From: an uncultured bacterium
Lineage (GTDB): Bacteria > Actinomycetota > Nitriliruptoria > Nitriliruptorales > Nitriliruptoraceae
DNA length: 64,000 nt
Assembly (NCBI GenBank): GCA_963796225.1
Contig: CAWCLK010000057.1
Location: 11,173-75,172, forward strand
Direction of reading: 5' to 3'
Shown: positions 17,493 through 27,885 of the stretch, in pieces
How the letters are laid out: the number at the start of each line of letters is the position of its first letter
Position numbering within the stretch: position 1 is the first letter of the stretch
Notes under the pieces: generated by a model
What the model saw: only the letters and a program-made list of their open reading frames with translations
Databases searched by the model: none
Told to the model about the DNA's origin: nothing
Translations under genes and position numbers: made by a program

Positions 17493-17894
17493 ATGGCCCG
17501 CGCCGGGATGCCCCGCAAGTTCGTGTTCGTCTGCATCAACGAACGCCCCGAGGAGCACCCGCGACCGTCGTGCATCCGGCGCAACTCGGGCGGCGTGTTC
17601 GAGGCGCTGCGCGAGTACACCGGGCAGCGTGGGCTCATCGACATCAAGATCGTCGCGTCCGGGTGCCTGGAGCCCTGCATGGTGGGCCCCACCATCTACG
17701 TGGCTCCCGACGACGTCTGGTACGGCGGCGTGACCGTCGAGGACGTCCCGCAGATCGTCGAGGAGCACCTCGAGAACGACCGCCCCGTCGAGTTCCTGCG
17801 GATCGGCCGCGAGGAGTTCGAGCTGTCGCCGTTGGCGGGGCGCTCCGACCTCCCGCCCGGGATGATCCCGCCGGTGAACAAGCCGCAGGTCTGA
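17493..17894 (+). CDS. thioredoxin-like [2Fe-2S] ferredoxin domain protein
   Basis: ATG 17493 follows AGGAGG. FVFVCINERP...PSC...ASGCLEPCMVGPTIYVAPDDVWYGGV is typical of this family. Confidence 0.7.
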   Translation: MARAGMPRKFVFVCINERPEEHPRPSCIRRNSGGVFEALREYTGQRGLIDIKIVASGCLEPCMVGPTIYVAPDDVWYGGVTVEDVPQIVEEHLENDRPVEFLRIGREEFELSPLAGRSDLPPGMIPPVNKPQV

Positions 17895-17974
17895 GCGCCC
17901 ACTCCCCGCGGCGGGTCCCCCCGCCGGTCTAGCCTCGCGGCGCGTCGACCCGGGGCGGACGAGAAGGTGTGCGC

Positions 17975-18463
17975 ATGAGCGAGCGACGGCAGTCCTGGGA
18001 CGAGTACTTCCTCGACCTGGCGCGAACGACCTCGACGCGGGCGACGTGCTCGCGTCGCAAGCACGGCGCGGTGGTGGTCCAGGGCCATCGGATCGTCAGC
18101 ACCGGCTACAACGGCGGTCCCTCGGGCATGACCCACTGCATCGACGGCGGCTGCCCCCGGGCCCTCACCGACGCCCCGCAGGGCCACGACTACGAGTCCT
18201 GCATCGCCATCCACGCCGAGGCCAACGCGCTGCTGTTCAGCGGCCCCGACGAGCGCGCCGGCGCCTCGCTGTACTGCACCGGCGCCCCGTGCTTCGGGTG
18301 CGCGAAGCTGATCGCCAACTCGGGCGTCGACGAGGTCGTCGCCGCCGGCGGGCGCTACGACGGTTGGGACGAGGTCCGGGACTTCCTGCTCGAGGCCGGG
18401 GTCCGTGTCCGCCTGCTCGACGGCCTCGAGGGCCTGCCCTCCCTGGACCTGCGCGCCGGCTGA
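17975..18463 (+). CDS. dCMP/cytidine deaminase family zinc enzyme
   Basis: HAEANAL and PCFGCAKLI zinc motifs are present. ATG 17975 is preferred over GTG 17969 because GAGAAGG lies 7 nt upstream. Confidence 0.8.
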   Translation: MSERRQSWDEYFLDLARTTSTRATCSRRKHGAVVVQGHRIVSTGYNGGPSGMTHCIDGGCPRALTDAPQGHDYESCIAIHAEANALLFSGPDERAGASLYCTGAPCFGCAKLIANSGVDEVVAAGGRYDGWDEVRDFLLEAGVRVRLLDGLEGLPSLDLRAG

Positions 18464-18549
18464 CGCCCTGATCCATCGCCGAGGGACGACGACCGGCTGC
18501 GCCTCGTCCCGATGACGCACGGCCACCGGGCGCGTCCCGAGCATCGAGT

Positions 18550-18607
18550 TGACATCGATGTCACGTTCAGCGCACACCCCGTACGCACGTTACTGACATC
18601 GACGTCA
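18550..18607. promoter_or_regulatory. pair of 14-bp palindromes (candidate operators) upstream of a micro-ORF
   Basis: TGACATCGATGTCA at 18550..18563 is a perfect palindrome. TGACATCGACGTCA at 18594..18607 has one mismatch. Their centres are 44 bp apart, in a lower-GC intergenic stretch. TTGACA overlaps the first site. Confidence 0.45.
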
Positions 18608-18652
18608 GGTTCGGGTTGACTGGCGAGTGGAGCCCACCACACAGGACGTGCC

Positions 18653-18781
18653 ATGACGATCTCGGACTTCCGCCTCACCCTCGCCCGGCTCGGGTTCGAC
18701 CGCCCCGGCGAGGTCTTCTGGCTGACGACCACGCCCGAGATCACCGACGAGGAGCTCGAGCTGCGCTGCAGCTGCCTGTAG
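18653..18781 (+). CDS. 42-aa micro-protein, unknown function
   Basis: Not in the ORF track (too short). ATG 18653 follows AGGA. MTISDFRLTLARLGFDRPGEVFWLTTTPEITDEELELRCSCL. All 42 codons end in G or C, whereas the other two codon positions are mixed. Confidence 0.5.
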   Translation: MTISDFRLTLARLGFDRPGEVFWLTTTPEITDEELELRCSCL

Positions 18782-18800
18782 ACCTCGCACGTCCACGCAC

Positions 18801-18826
18801 CGGCCGGTCCCTCGGGGGGCCGGCCG
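18801..18826. terminator. GC-rich hairpin between convergent genes
   Basis: CGGCCGGTCCC-TCGG-GGGGCCGGCCG forms an 11-bp stem (one G-U pair) with a UCGG tetraloop. It lies 20 nt after the micro-ORF stop and 11 nt from the stop of the minus-strand gene. There is no T tract. Confidence 0.4.
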
Positions 18827-18836
18827 TCGGCGTGTG

Positions 18837-19343
18837 TCAGGACACGATGGTGCGGAGCAGGACCCCGATCACGACCAGGAACGCCAGCAGCCACAGGCCC
18901 GCCCGCAGCATGAACCGCACCTCGTGGCCGACCCCGCGGGCGACCTCGAGCTCCTGGAGTCGGCGGCCGCACTCGCAGAGGCCCGGCTCGAGGTGGACCG
19001 CGTGCCGTTCGCTGCAGGCGTACCGGGGGCGGCGGACCAGGTCGTAGCCGCAGTCCTCGCAGGCCGTCGCACCCCGCAGGTTGCGCGTCGTGCACCGCGG
19101 GCACTGGCGCGCCTGGAGCCGGTCGACGGCCACGAAGCCCGCCGCGAGCCCCAGCAGCCCGCCGTAGACCAGCGCCGCCACGACGACGTCCCCGGCGGTG
19201 GCGCTGGTGACCAGGGCCACCGGGGTCAGCACGACGACGGCCAGGGCGATCGGGGCGACGGCCGCGGCGGCCACGAGCCAGCGTTCGCGCGACGTCAGCC
19301 GAGCACGGCGCACGCCGACGGGGGACGGCCTCGAGTCGGCCAC
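18837..19343 (-). CDS. membrane protein with a zinc-ribbon-like cytoplasmic segment
   Basis: Three hydrophobic helices are present, plus CPRC...CEDC and C...CEC pairs. Confidence 0.65.
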   Translation of the reverse strand: MADSRPSPVGVRRARLTSRERWLVAAAAVAPIALAVVVLTPVALVTSATAGDVVVAALVYGGLLGLAAGFVAVDRLQARQCPRCTTRNLRGATACEDCGYDLVRRPRYACSERHAVHLEPGLCECGRRLQELEVARGVGHEVRFMLRAGLWLLAFLVVIGVLLRTIVS

Positions 19344-19416
19344 CTCACCCTCCTTCGTGCGCCGGAGCGCAAGGGTACGGGCCTACGCTCTGAGGTCCCC
19401 TGCCAAGGTGACCTGC

Positions 19417-20139
19417 GTGGACCTCTCCCGTGACCTCGACGACGGCATCCTCACGCTGACCATGGACGACGGCGCCAAGAACGCCTTCGACCCCGACGCC
19501 TTCGACGCCATCCTGGCCGCCTTCGAGGAGGCCGGCGACGACGTCCGTGCGATCGTCGTCACCGGGCGCCCCGGGGTGCTCACCGCGGGGCTGAACGTCA
19601 AGTTCATGGCCTCGGCGGGGCAGGACGGCGTCCGGGACCTGCTCACCCGCTTCGGCCGCACCTGGATGCGGGTGTGGACCGACCCGCGCCCGACGGTGCT
19701 GGCCGCCACCGGCCACTGCCTGGCCGCCGGCACGATGCTGGCCATGGCCTGCGACCACGCCGTCGCCGCCGAGGGCCAGTACGCGTGGGGCCTGACCGAG
19801 ACGCAGATCGACTTCGAGCTGCCCCACTTCGGCCTCGCGCTGGCGAACGCCAACATGCGCCGCGACCGCTACGAGGACCTGCTGCTGCCCGGCCGCCGGA
19901 TCGGTCCGGCCGAGGCCGTCGAGTGTGGCTTCGCCGACGAGCTCGTCGCCGAGGAGCAGGTCCTGGCCCGCGCCCAGGAGGTCGCCCGGTCGCTGGCCGA
20001 GCTGCCGCCCCGCGCCTACGCGGGCACCAAGCGTCGCCTTCGCCAGGCCACGGCCGACGCCGTCCTGGCCGACCTCGAGAGCGACATCCAGGCCCTGACG
20101 GCCCACCTCGGGGTGACCCACCCACGGCGTCAGGCCTGA
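19417..20139 (+). CDS. enoyl-CoA hydratase/isomerase (crotonase) family protein
   Basis: GTG 19417 (alternative GTG 19408) lies inside ORF 19198..20139. GILTLTMDDGAKNAF..., VVTGRPGVLTAGLNVK and LAMACDHAVAAE are crotonase-like. Confidence 0.75.
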   Translation: MDLSRDLDDGILTLTMDDGAKNAFDPDAFDAILAAFEEAGDDVRAIVVTGRPGVLTAGLNVKFMASAGQDGVRDLLTRFGRTWMRVWTDPRPTVLAATGHCLAAGTMLAMACDHAVAAEGQYAWGLTETQIDFELPHFGLALANANMRRDRYEDLLLPGRRIGPAEAVECGFADELVAEEQVLARAQEVARSLAELPPRAYAGTKRRLRQATADAVLADLESDIQALTAHLGVTHPRRQA

Positions 20140-20187
20140 CGGCCACCTCGACACCCACGGCACCGTCAGGCCTGACGACCCACCTCG
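20121..20187. repeat. imperfect tandem duplication (33-37 bp) carrying two copies of the palindrome GTCAGGCCTGAC
   Basis: Palindromes lie at 20129..20140 (covering the crotonase stop) and 20165..20176. The flanking CCCACGGC and CACCTCG are also duplicated. The repeat lies between convergent genes. Confidence 0.7.
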
Positions 20188-20211
20188 GGTGAGCAGGGCG
20201 GCGGCGCCTGG

Positions 20212-21195
20212 TCAGCTGGCCAGCACGGTGGCCAGCTCGAGCATGTTCGGGTCCACGGCCTTGGTGCCGCCGACGACGTCGGCGAGCGGGGTCGTCTCGA
20301 CCTGGCGGCCCAGCAGCCCCACCAGCATGCCCTCGGCCCCGTTGGCGAGGCACTGGACCGCACCGGCCCCGAGGCGGCTGCCGAGCAGCCGGTCGAAGGC
20401 CCCCGGCGCCGCGCCCCGCTGCACGTGCCCGAGCACGGTGGAGCGCAGCCCGAAGCCCAGCCTCTCCTTGTGCTCGCGGAAGTGCGCCATGAGCTCGTCG
20501 GTGCCCGGCTTGGCACCCTCGCCCACCACGACGACGGCGTGGTCGTTGCCGCGGGCGTAGGCCGCCTGGAGCTGCTCGGCGACCGCGTCGGCCGTCGTGG
20601 GGTACTCGGGCAGGACCACGGCCTCGGCGCCGCCGGCGATCCCCGCCATCAGCGGCAGGTACCCGCAGTTCCGCCCCATCACCTCGACGAGGAAGGCCCG
20701 CTGGTGCGACGACGCCGTGGTCTTCAGCCGGTCGATGGCCTCGAGGGCCACGTTGAGCGCGCTGTCGACGCCGATGGTGATGTCGGACCCGCGCAGGTCG
20801 TTGTCGATCGTGGAGGCCACGCCGATGACCGGGACGCCCAGCTGCGACAGGGCGTGCGAGCCGGTCTGCGTCCCGTTGCCGCCGATGATCACCATGGCGT
20901 CCACGCGGTTCCGCTGGAGGTTGCGCAGGGCGAGCTGCTGGCCGGCCTCGGTACGGAACTCGGGCGCGCGGGCGCTGCCGAGCATCGTCCCGCCGAGCTG
21001 GAGGATGCCGCCCACGTCCCGGGTCTCGAGCGGCTCGAACCGGCCGTCGAGCAGGCCCTGGTACCCGTCGCGGATCCCCATGACCTCCCAGTCCTGCCTG
21101 AGGGCGGTGCGCACCACGGCACGGATGGCGGCGTTCATGCCGGGGGCGTCGCCCCCGCTGGTGAGCACGCCGATGCGTCGGATGGTCCGGGCCAC
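20212..21195 (-). CDS. pfkA: 6-phosphofructokinase
   Basis: GTG 21195 follows GAGGAG. IGVLTSGGDAPGMNAAIR, IIGGNGT, TIDNDL and MGRNCGY are present. Confidence 0.9.
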   Translation of the reverse strand: MARTIRRIGVLTSGGDAPGMNAAIRAVVRTALRQDWEVMGIRDGYQGLLDGRFEPLETRDVGGILQLGGTMLGSARAPEFRTEAGQQLALRNLQRNRVDAMVIIGGNGTQTGSHALSQLGVPVIGVASTIDNDLRGSDITIGVDSALNVALEAIDRLKTTASSHQRAFLVEVMGRNCGYLPLMAGIAGGAEAVVLPEYPTTADAVAEQLQAAYARGNDHAVVVVGEGAKPGTDELMAHFREHKERLGFGLRSTVLGHVQRGAAPGAFDRLLGSRLGAGAVQCLANGAEGMLVGLLGRQVETTPLADVVGGTKAVDPNMLELATVLAS

Positions 21196-21313
21196 ACGAG
21201 GCTCCTCGGGTCGGGTGGCCCGAGCGTAGGAAGACGGGACGGGCGTGGCTCGTCCGGAGGATCGCCCCCGCCCTACGATCCGAGGGCGGCGGACCGCCGA
21301 GGGAGGCAGACAC

Positions 21314-22315
21314 ATGGGTGACGTGCACTGGCGGGAGCTGTACCGCGAGGTGGTCGACACGGGGCTGTGCACCGGCTGTGCGGCGTGCGTGATGGCGTGC
21401 CCGCGGGACGTGCTGGGCTACACCGACGACTACTTCCCGGTCCAGATCGGGGAGGGGATGGCGCACGACCAGTGCGTGATCGGGGACCGGGGCTGTGACA
21501 TCTGCACCCGGGCGTGCCCGCGGTTCCGCAACTGGGAGTCGGACCTGGACGAGGTGCTGTTCGGCCGTCCGCGCGAGCCCGAGGAGGTCTACGGGTTCAC
21601 CCGCTCGATCCTGCTGACCCGCGCGACCGACAAGGCGGTGCACGAGGCCGGCCAGGACGGCGGGCTGGTGTCCACCCTGCTGATCTGGGGGCTGGAGAAC
21701 GAGAAGATCGACGGGGCGCTGACCTCCGAGATCACCGAGACCCGCGGGCCGTTCGACTCCGAGCCCACGCTGGTGACCGACAAGGAGGGCGTGCTGCGCA
21801 CCGCCGGGTCCCGCTACACCTACTCGGCCAACCCGCTGGCCATGAAGGACGCCGACGAGGCCAAGCTGAAGCAGATCGCCCTGGTCGGGATGTCCTGCCA
21901 GGCGTCGATCAACGGCACCGTCGAGGCGTACGGGGTCAACAAGTACAAGCGCAAGATCGCCCTGACCATCGGGCTGCTGTGCTCCAAGACGTTCACCTAC
22001 GACGGGCAGAAGCACGTCCTGGCCCAGCACGACATCGACATCGCCGACGTCGTGAAGGTCAACATCAAGGGCCGCTACATGGTCTGGCTGCGCAACGGGG
22101 AGTACCACGAGCTGCCGCTCAAGGAGTTCCACCCCTACACCCGCCCCGGCTGCAAGCTGTGCCCGGACTTCGCCGCCCAGCACGCCGACATCTCCACCGG
22201 CGGGATCGGCGCCGACGACAACTGGACCCTGACGCTGGTGCGCACCGAGCGGGGCGAGGAGTGGATGAAGGGCGTCATCGACGCCGGCCTGATCGAGGCC
22301 AAGCCGGGCGAGTAG
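21314..22315 (+). CDS. FrhB/FdhB-family (coenzyme F420 hydrogenase/dehydrogenase beta-like) iron-sulfur flavoprotein
   Basis: ATG 21314 follows GGGAGG. Two 4Fe-4S motifs are present (CTGCAACVMACP and CDICTRACP). GQDGGLVSTLL and the C-terminal CKLCPDFAAQHADISTGG are typical. The gene ends at TAG 22313..22315. Confidence 0.75.
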   Translation: MGDVHWRELYREVVDTGLCTGCAACVMACPRDVLGYTDDYFPVQIGEGMAHDQCVIGDRGCDICTRACPRFRNWESDLDEVLFGRPREPEEVYGFTRSILLTRATDKAVHEAGQDGGLVSTLLIWGLENEKIDGALTSEITETRGPFDSEPTLVTDKEGVLRTAGSRYTYSANPLAMKDADEAKLKQIALVGMSCQASINGTVEAYGVNKYKRKIALTIGLLCSKTFTYDGQKHVLAQHDIDIADVVKVNIKGRYMVWLRNGEYHELPLKEFHPYTRPGCKLCPDFAAQHADISTGGIGADDNWTLTLVRTERGEEWMKGVIDAGLIEAKPGE

Positions 22316-22327
22316 GACCCGGTCGCG

Positions 22328-22435
22328 ATGAACCTGCTCACCAAGCTGTCCACCGTGTCCCGCAAGCGCTGGCCCGGCGACAACCTCCCCGCCGACGCCC
22401 GCAACCCCGGCCTGCTCCCGGTCGTCACCGGCTGA
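22328..22435 (+). CDS. 35-codon micro-ORF in the same frame as the FrhB-like gene (separate peptide or lost C-terminus)
   Basis: MNLLTKLSTVSRKRWPGDNLPADARNPGLLPVVTG. All codons from 22316 to 22432 end in G or C. It is separated from the upstream gene only by an in-frame TAG and four sense codons. Confidence 0.3.
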   Translation: MNLLTKLSTVSRKRWPGDNLPADARNPGLLPVVTG

Positions 22436-22445
22436 CGGACCCCGA

Positions 22446-24703
<2,258 letters not shown>

Positions 24704-24707
<4 letters not shown>

Positions 24708-25030
24708 GTGATCTCCCAGGTGGCGACCTTGGGGTGGTCGGCGCCGGTGGCGCCCACCGCGGCCGCTCCGCCCGGGTCACCCAGCCCGGTCACGTCGTTG
24801 GAGAAGAACTCGGCGTTCCAGGCGGTGAACTCGGACCACTCGGGGGGCACGTCGTCGGCGTAGAAGATCGCCTCGACCGGGCAGGCCGGTTCGCAGGCAC
24901 CGCAGTCGATGCACTCGGTCGGGTGGATGTAGAGGCTGCGCCCGCCCTCGTAGATGCAGTCGACGGGGCACTCCTCGACGCAGGCCTTGTCCTTGACGTC
25001 GACACACGGTTCGCAGATCACGTAGGTCAC
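24704..25030 (-). CDS. fdxA: 7Fe ([3Fe-4S][4Fe-4S]) ferredoxin
   Basis: GTG 25030 follows AGGAG. VTYVICEPCVDVKDKACVEECPVDCIYEG...CIDCGACEPACPVEAIF. Confidence 0.9.
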
Positions 25031-25113
25031 CGGGTCAGCTCCTGGCGCGCGTGCGGGCGGGGACCGAGGACGGCCAGTGTAGAGCAGGCCTGCCCCACTG
25101 CCGTACACGACGA

Positions 25114-25140
25114 GAGGCGCCACCCGATGGGCGGCGCCTC
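25114..25140 (-). terminator. hairpin after the upstream ferredoxin copy
   Basis: GAGGCGCC-N11-GGCGCCTC forms an 8-bp stem, 20 nt past the stop at 25160. Confidence 0.35.
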
Positions 25141-25159
25141 GCGAAGGGTCGTGGGCCGG

Positions 25160-25483
25160 TCAGGCGTCCCAGGCGGCGACCTTGGGGTGGTCCGCCTCGG
25201 TCGCGCCGACGGCCGCGGCACCGCCGGGGGAGCCCAGGCCGGTCACGTCGTCGTTGAAGTACTCGGCGTTGATCGGCGTGAACTCCTGCCACTCGTCCGG
25301 GACGTCGTCCTCGTAGAAGATGGCCTCCACCGGGCACACCGGCTCGCACGCCCCGCAGTCGATGCACTCCTCGGGGTGGATGTAGAGCATCCGCGGCCCC
25401 TCGTAGATGCAGTCGACCGGGCACTCCTCGACGCAGGCCTTGTCCTTCACGTCGATGCACGGCTCAGCGATGGTGTACGTCAT
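25160..25483 (-). CDS. fdxA: 7Fe ferredoxin, second tandem copy
   Basis: ATG 25483 follows AGGAGG. MTYTIAEPCIDVKDKACVEECPVDCIYEG...CIDCGACEPVCPVEAIF is collinear with the copy at 24704..25030. Confidence 0.9.
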   Translation of the reverse strand: MTYTIAEPCIDVKDKACVEECPVDCIYEGPRMLYIHPEECIDCGACEPVCPVEAIFYEDDVPDEWQEFTPINAEYFNDDVTGLGSPGGAAAVGATEADHPKVAAWDA

Positions 25484-25599
25484 CCGGGGGGACCTCCTGT
25501 CCGCGTCCTCGGGGAGAACGTTAGGCGGTGGGACGGCTGGCTGTGAAGCCACACTAGCGGCGCCCGGGGGCCGGTTGGCGGCCTCGCCCCCCCACGGAC

Positions 25600-25621
25600 G
25601 TTCACCCGCCCGTCACCTGCC
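25600..25621 (+). promoter_or_regulatory. PHO-box-like pair of 11-nt direct repeats upstream of ppk
   Basis: GTTCACCCGCC CGTCACCTGCC lies 75-96 nt before the ppk start. It matches the GTTCACC direct-repeat unit known for actinobacterial PhoP. Confidence 0.5.
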
Positions 25622-25695
25622 CCCCGTAGGCTGCGGAGCGACCCGGGGAGCGCGAGCGACCCGGCCCCACTCGCGATCGTCGGAGTGCCGCCATC

Positions 25696-27885
25696 GTGTC
25701 CGAGTCCGCCGTCCCCACCGAGCGCGACCACGCCGGCACCAACGGTGCCGCGCCCGGCCGGGCGGAGCCCACCCCGGCGGTGGTGTCCGACCCCACGCCC
25801 GCCGTCCGCCAGCAGCGCACCCGGGCGGTGATCGACGACCACCGTCCGGTCACGGGGGAACGGCGCCTGTTCAACCGCGAGCTGTCCTGGCTGGGGTTCA
25901 ACGAACGCGTCCTGGCCCTGGCCGGTCGCGACGAGGTCCCGCTGCTCGAGCGTGCGAAGTTCCTGGCCATCTTCACGTCCAACCTCGACGAGTTCTTCCA
26001 GGTGCGCGTGTCGGGGCTGATGGAGCAGGTCGCCGCCGGCCTGACCCGCGAGAGCCCGGACGGGCTCCGGCCCAGCGAACAGCTCACCGCGATCCGCACC
26101 TACGTGCAGGCGATGGCGACCGAGCAGTCCCGCCTGTTCCACGACGAGCTGGTCCCCCAGCTGGCCGAGCGCGGCATCCGCTTCTCGAACTGGTCGTCGC
26201 TGGACGACGACGACCGGGCGTGGCTGGTCGGCGAGTTCGAGGAGACGGTGTTCCCGGTCCTCACACCCCTCGCGGTGGACCCGGCCCACCCCTTCCCGTA
26301 CATCTCCAACCTGTCGCTCAACCTCGCGGTCGTGGTCAAGGATCCCGATGACGGCGAGACGCGCTTCGCCCGGGTCAAGGTGCCCCCGATCCTGCCGCGC
26401 TTCGTGGTGATGCCCGACGGCGAGCGGTTCGTGCCCCTCGAGCAGGTCATCGCCGCCCACCTCGACCGGCTGTTCCCCGGGCTCGAGGTGCTCGAGCACC
26501 ACGCCTTCCGGGTCACGCGCAACGCCGACTTCGAGGTCGAGGAGGACGAGGCCGACGACCTCATGCTCGCCATCGAGTCCGAGCTGAACCGCCGCCGGTT
26601 CGGCCGGGTGGTCCGGCTGGAGATCGAGCCCGACATGCCGGACACCGTGCTCGAGCTGCTCACCCGCGAGCTGCAGATCGAGGACGACCGCGTCTACCGC
26701 TCCCCCGGCCCGCTCGGGCTCGACGGGCTGTGGTCGCTGTACGACGTGGACCGCGACGACCTCAAGTACGACACGTTCGTGCCCGCCGTCCCCCACCGAC
26801 TGACGACCCTGTCGGGCGACGAGGCCGACGTGTTCGCCGCGCTGCGGCGGGGCGACGTGCTCGTCCACCACCCCTACGACTCCTTCGCGTCCTCGGTGCA
26901 GCACTTCGTCGACGCCGCGGCGCGGGACCCGCACGTGCTGGCGATCAAGATCACCCTCTACCGGACGTCGGGGCCCGGCTCGCCACTGGTCCGGTCCCTG
27001 GTCAAGGCCGCCGAGGAGGGCAAGCAGGTCGTCGCCCTGGTCGAGCTCAAGGCCCGCTTCGACGAGGAGGCCAACATCGAGTGGGCCCGGGTGCTGGAGG
27101 AGGTCGGCGTCCACGTGGCCTACGGGGTGGTCGGGCTCAAGACCCACACCAAGATCGCGCTGGTGGTGCGCAAGGAGGGCGACCGGGTCCGGCGCTACTG
27201 CCACCTCGGCACGGGCAACTACAACGACAAGACCGCCCGGATCTACGAGGACCTCGGGCTGCTGAGCGCCGACCCGGCGCTGGGGTCGGACCTGGCGGAC
27301 CTGTTCAACGTGCTGACGGGGTACGGCCGGCAGGGCGCCTACCGCAAGCTGCTCACCGCCCCGACCACGTTCCGCCCGCGCATCCTCGACTACATCCGAC
27401 GCGAGACCGAGGCCGAGGACGGCCGCATCGTGATGAAGATGAACGCCCTGGTCGACGAGGAGATGGTCGACGCGCTGTACGACGCCAGCCGCGCCGGCAC
27501 CCCCGTCGACCTGATCGTGCGCGGCATCTGCTGCCTGCGCCCCGGCGTCCCCGGCCAGTCCGAGAACATCCGGGTGCGGTCGATCGTCGGCCGCTACCTC
27601 GAGCACTCCCGGATCTTCCGGTTCGGCACTCCCGAGCGGGGCGTGGACTACCTCATCGGCTCCGGCGACCTGATGCCCCGCAACCTCAACCGACGGGTCG
27701 AGGCCATCGCCCCGGTCGAGGGGCGCGAGCTGCAGGCACGGCTCGACGAGATCCTCGACACGCTGCTGGCCGACGACGTGCTGGCCTGGGAGCTCGGGCC
27801 GGACGGGGCGTGGACCCGGATACCGACCCGCGACGGGGTCGACACCCACGAGCACCTGCAGGCCCTGGCCCTGGAACGCGCATGA
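25696..27885 (+). CDS. ppk: polyphosphate kinase 1
   Basis: 729 aa. FNRELSWLGFNERVL, FTSNLDEFFQVRV, a KxHxK-type motif and two PLD-like C domains are present. Confidence 0.95.
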   Translation: MSESAVPTERDHAGTNGAAPGRAEPTPAVVSDPTPAVRQQRTRAVIDDHRPVTGERRLFNRELSWLGFNERVLALAGRDEVPLLERAKFLAIFTSNLDEFFQVRVSGLMEQVAAGLTRESPDGLRPSEQLTAIRTYVQAMATEQSRLFHDELVPQLAERGIRFSNWSSLDDDDRAWLVGEFEETVFPVLTPLAVDPAHPFPYISNLSLNLAVVVKDPDDGETRFARVKVPPILPRFVVMPDGERFVPLEQVIAAHLDRLFPGLEVLEHHAFRVTRNADFEVEEDEADDLMLAIESELNRRRFGRVVRLEIEPDMPDTVLELLTRELQIEDDRVYRSPGPLGLDGLWSLYDVDRDDLKYDTFVPAVPHRLTTLSGDEADVFAALRRGDVLVHHPYDSFASSVQHFVDAAARDPHVLAIKITLYRTSGPGSPLVRSLVKAAEEGKQVVALVELKARFDEEANIEWARVLEEVGVHVAYGVVGLKTHTKIALVVRKEGDRVRRYCHLGTGNYNDKTARIYEDLGLLSADPALGSDLADLFNVLTGYGRQGAYRKLLTAPTTFRPRILDYIRRETEAEDGRIVMKMNALVDEEMVDALYDASRAGTPVDLIVRGICCLRPGVPGQSENIRVRSIVGRYLEHSRIFRFGTPERGVDYLIGSGDLMPRNLNRRVEAIAPVEGRELQARLDEILDTLLADDVLAWELGPDGAWTRIPTRDGVDTHEHLQALALERA

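Noticed and set aside
22313-22315. The in-frame TAG as pyrrolysine or another recoding event.
   Set aside because: No pyl genes or recoding element are visible, and the host is an actinobacterium. A base error, a nonsense mutation or a separate micro-ORF are simpler explanations.
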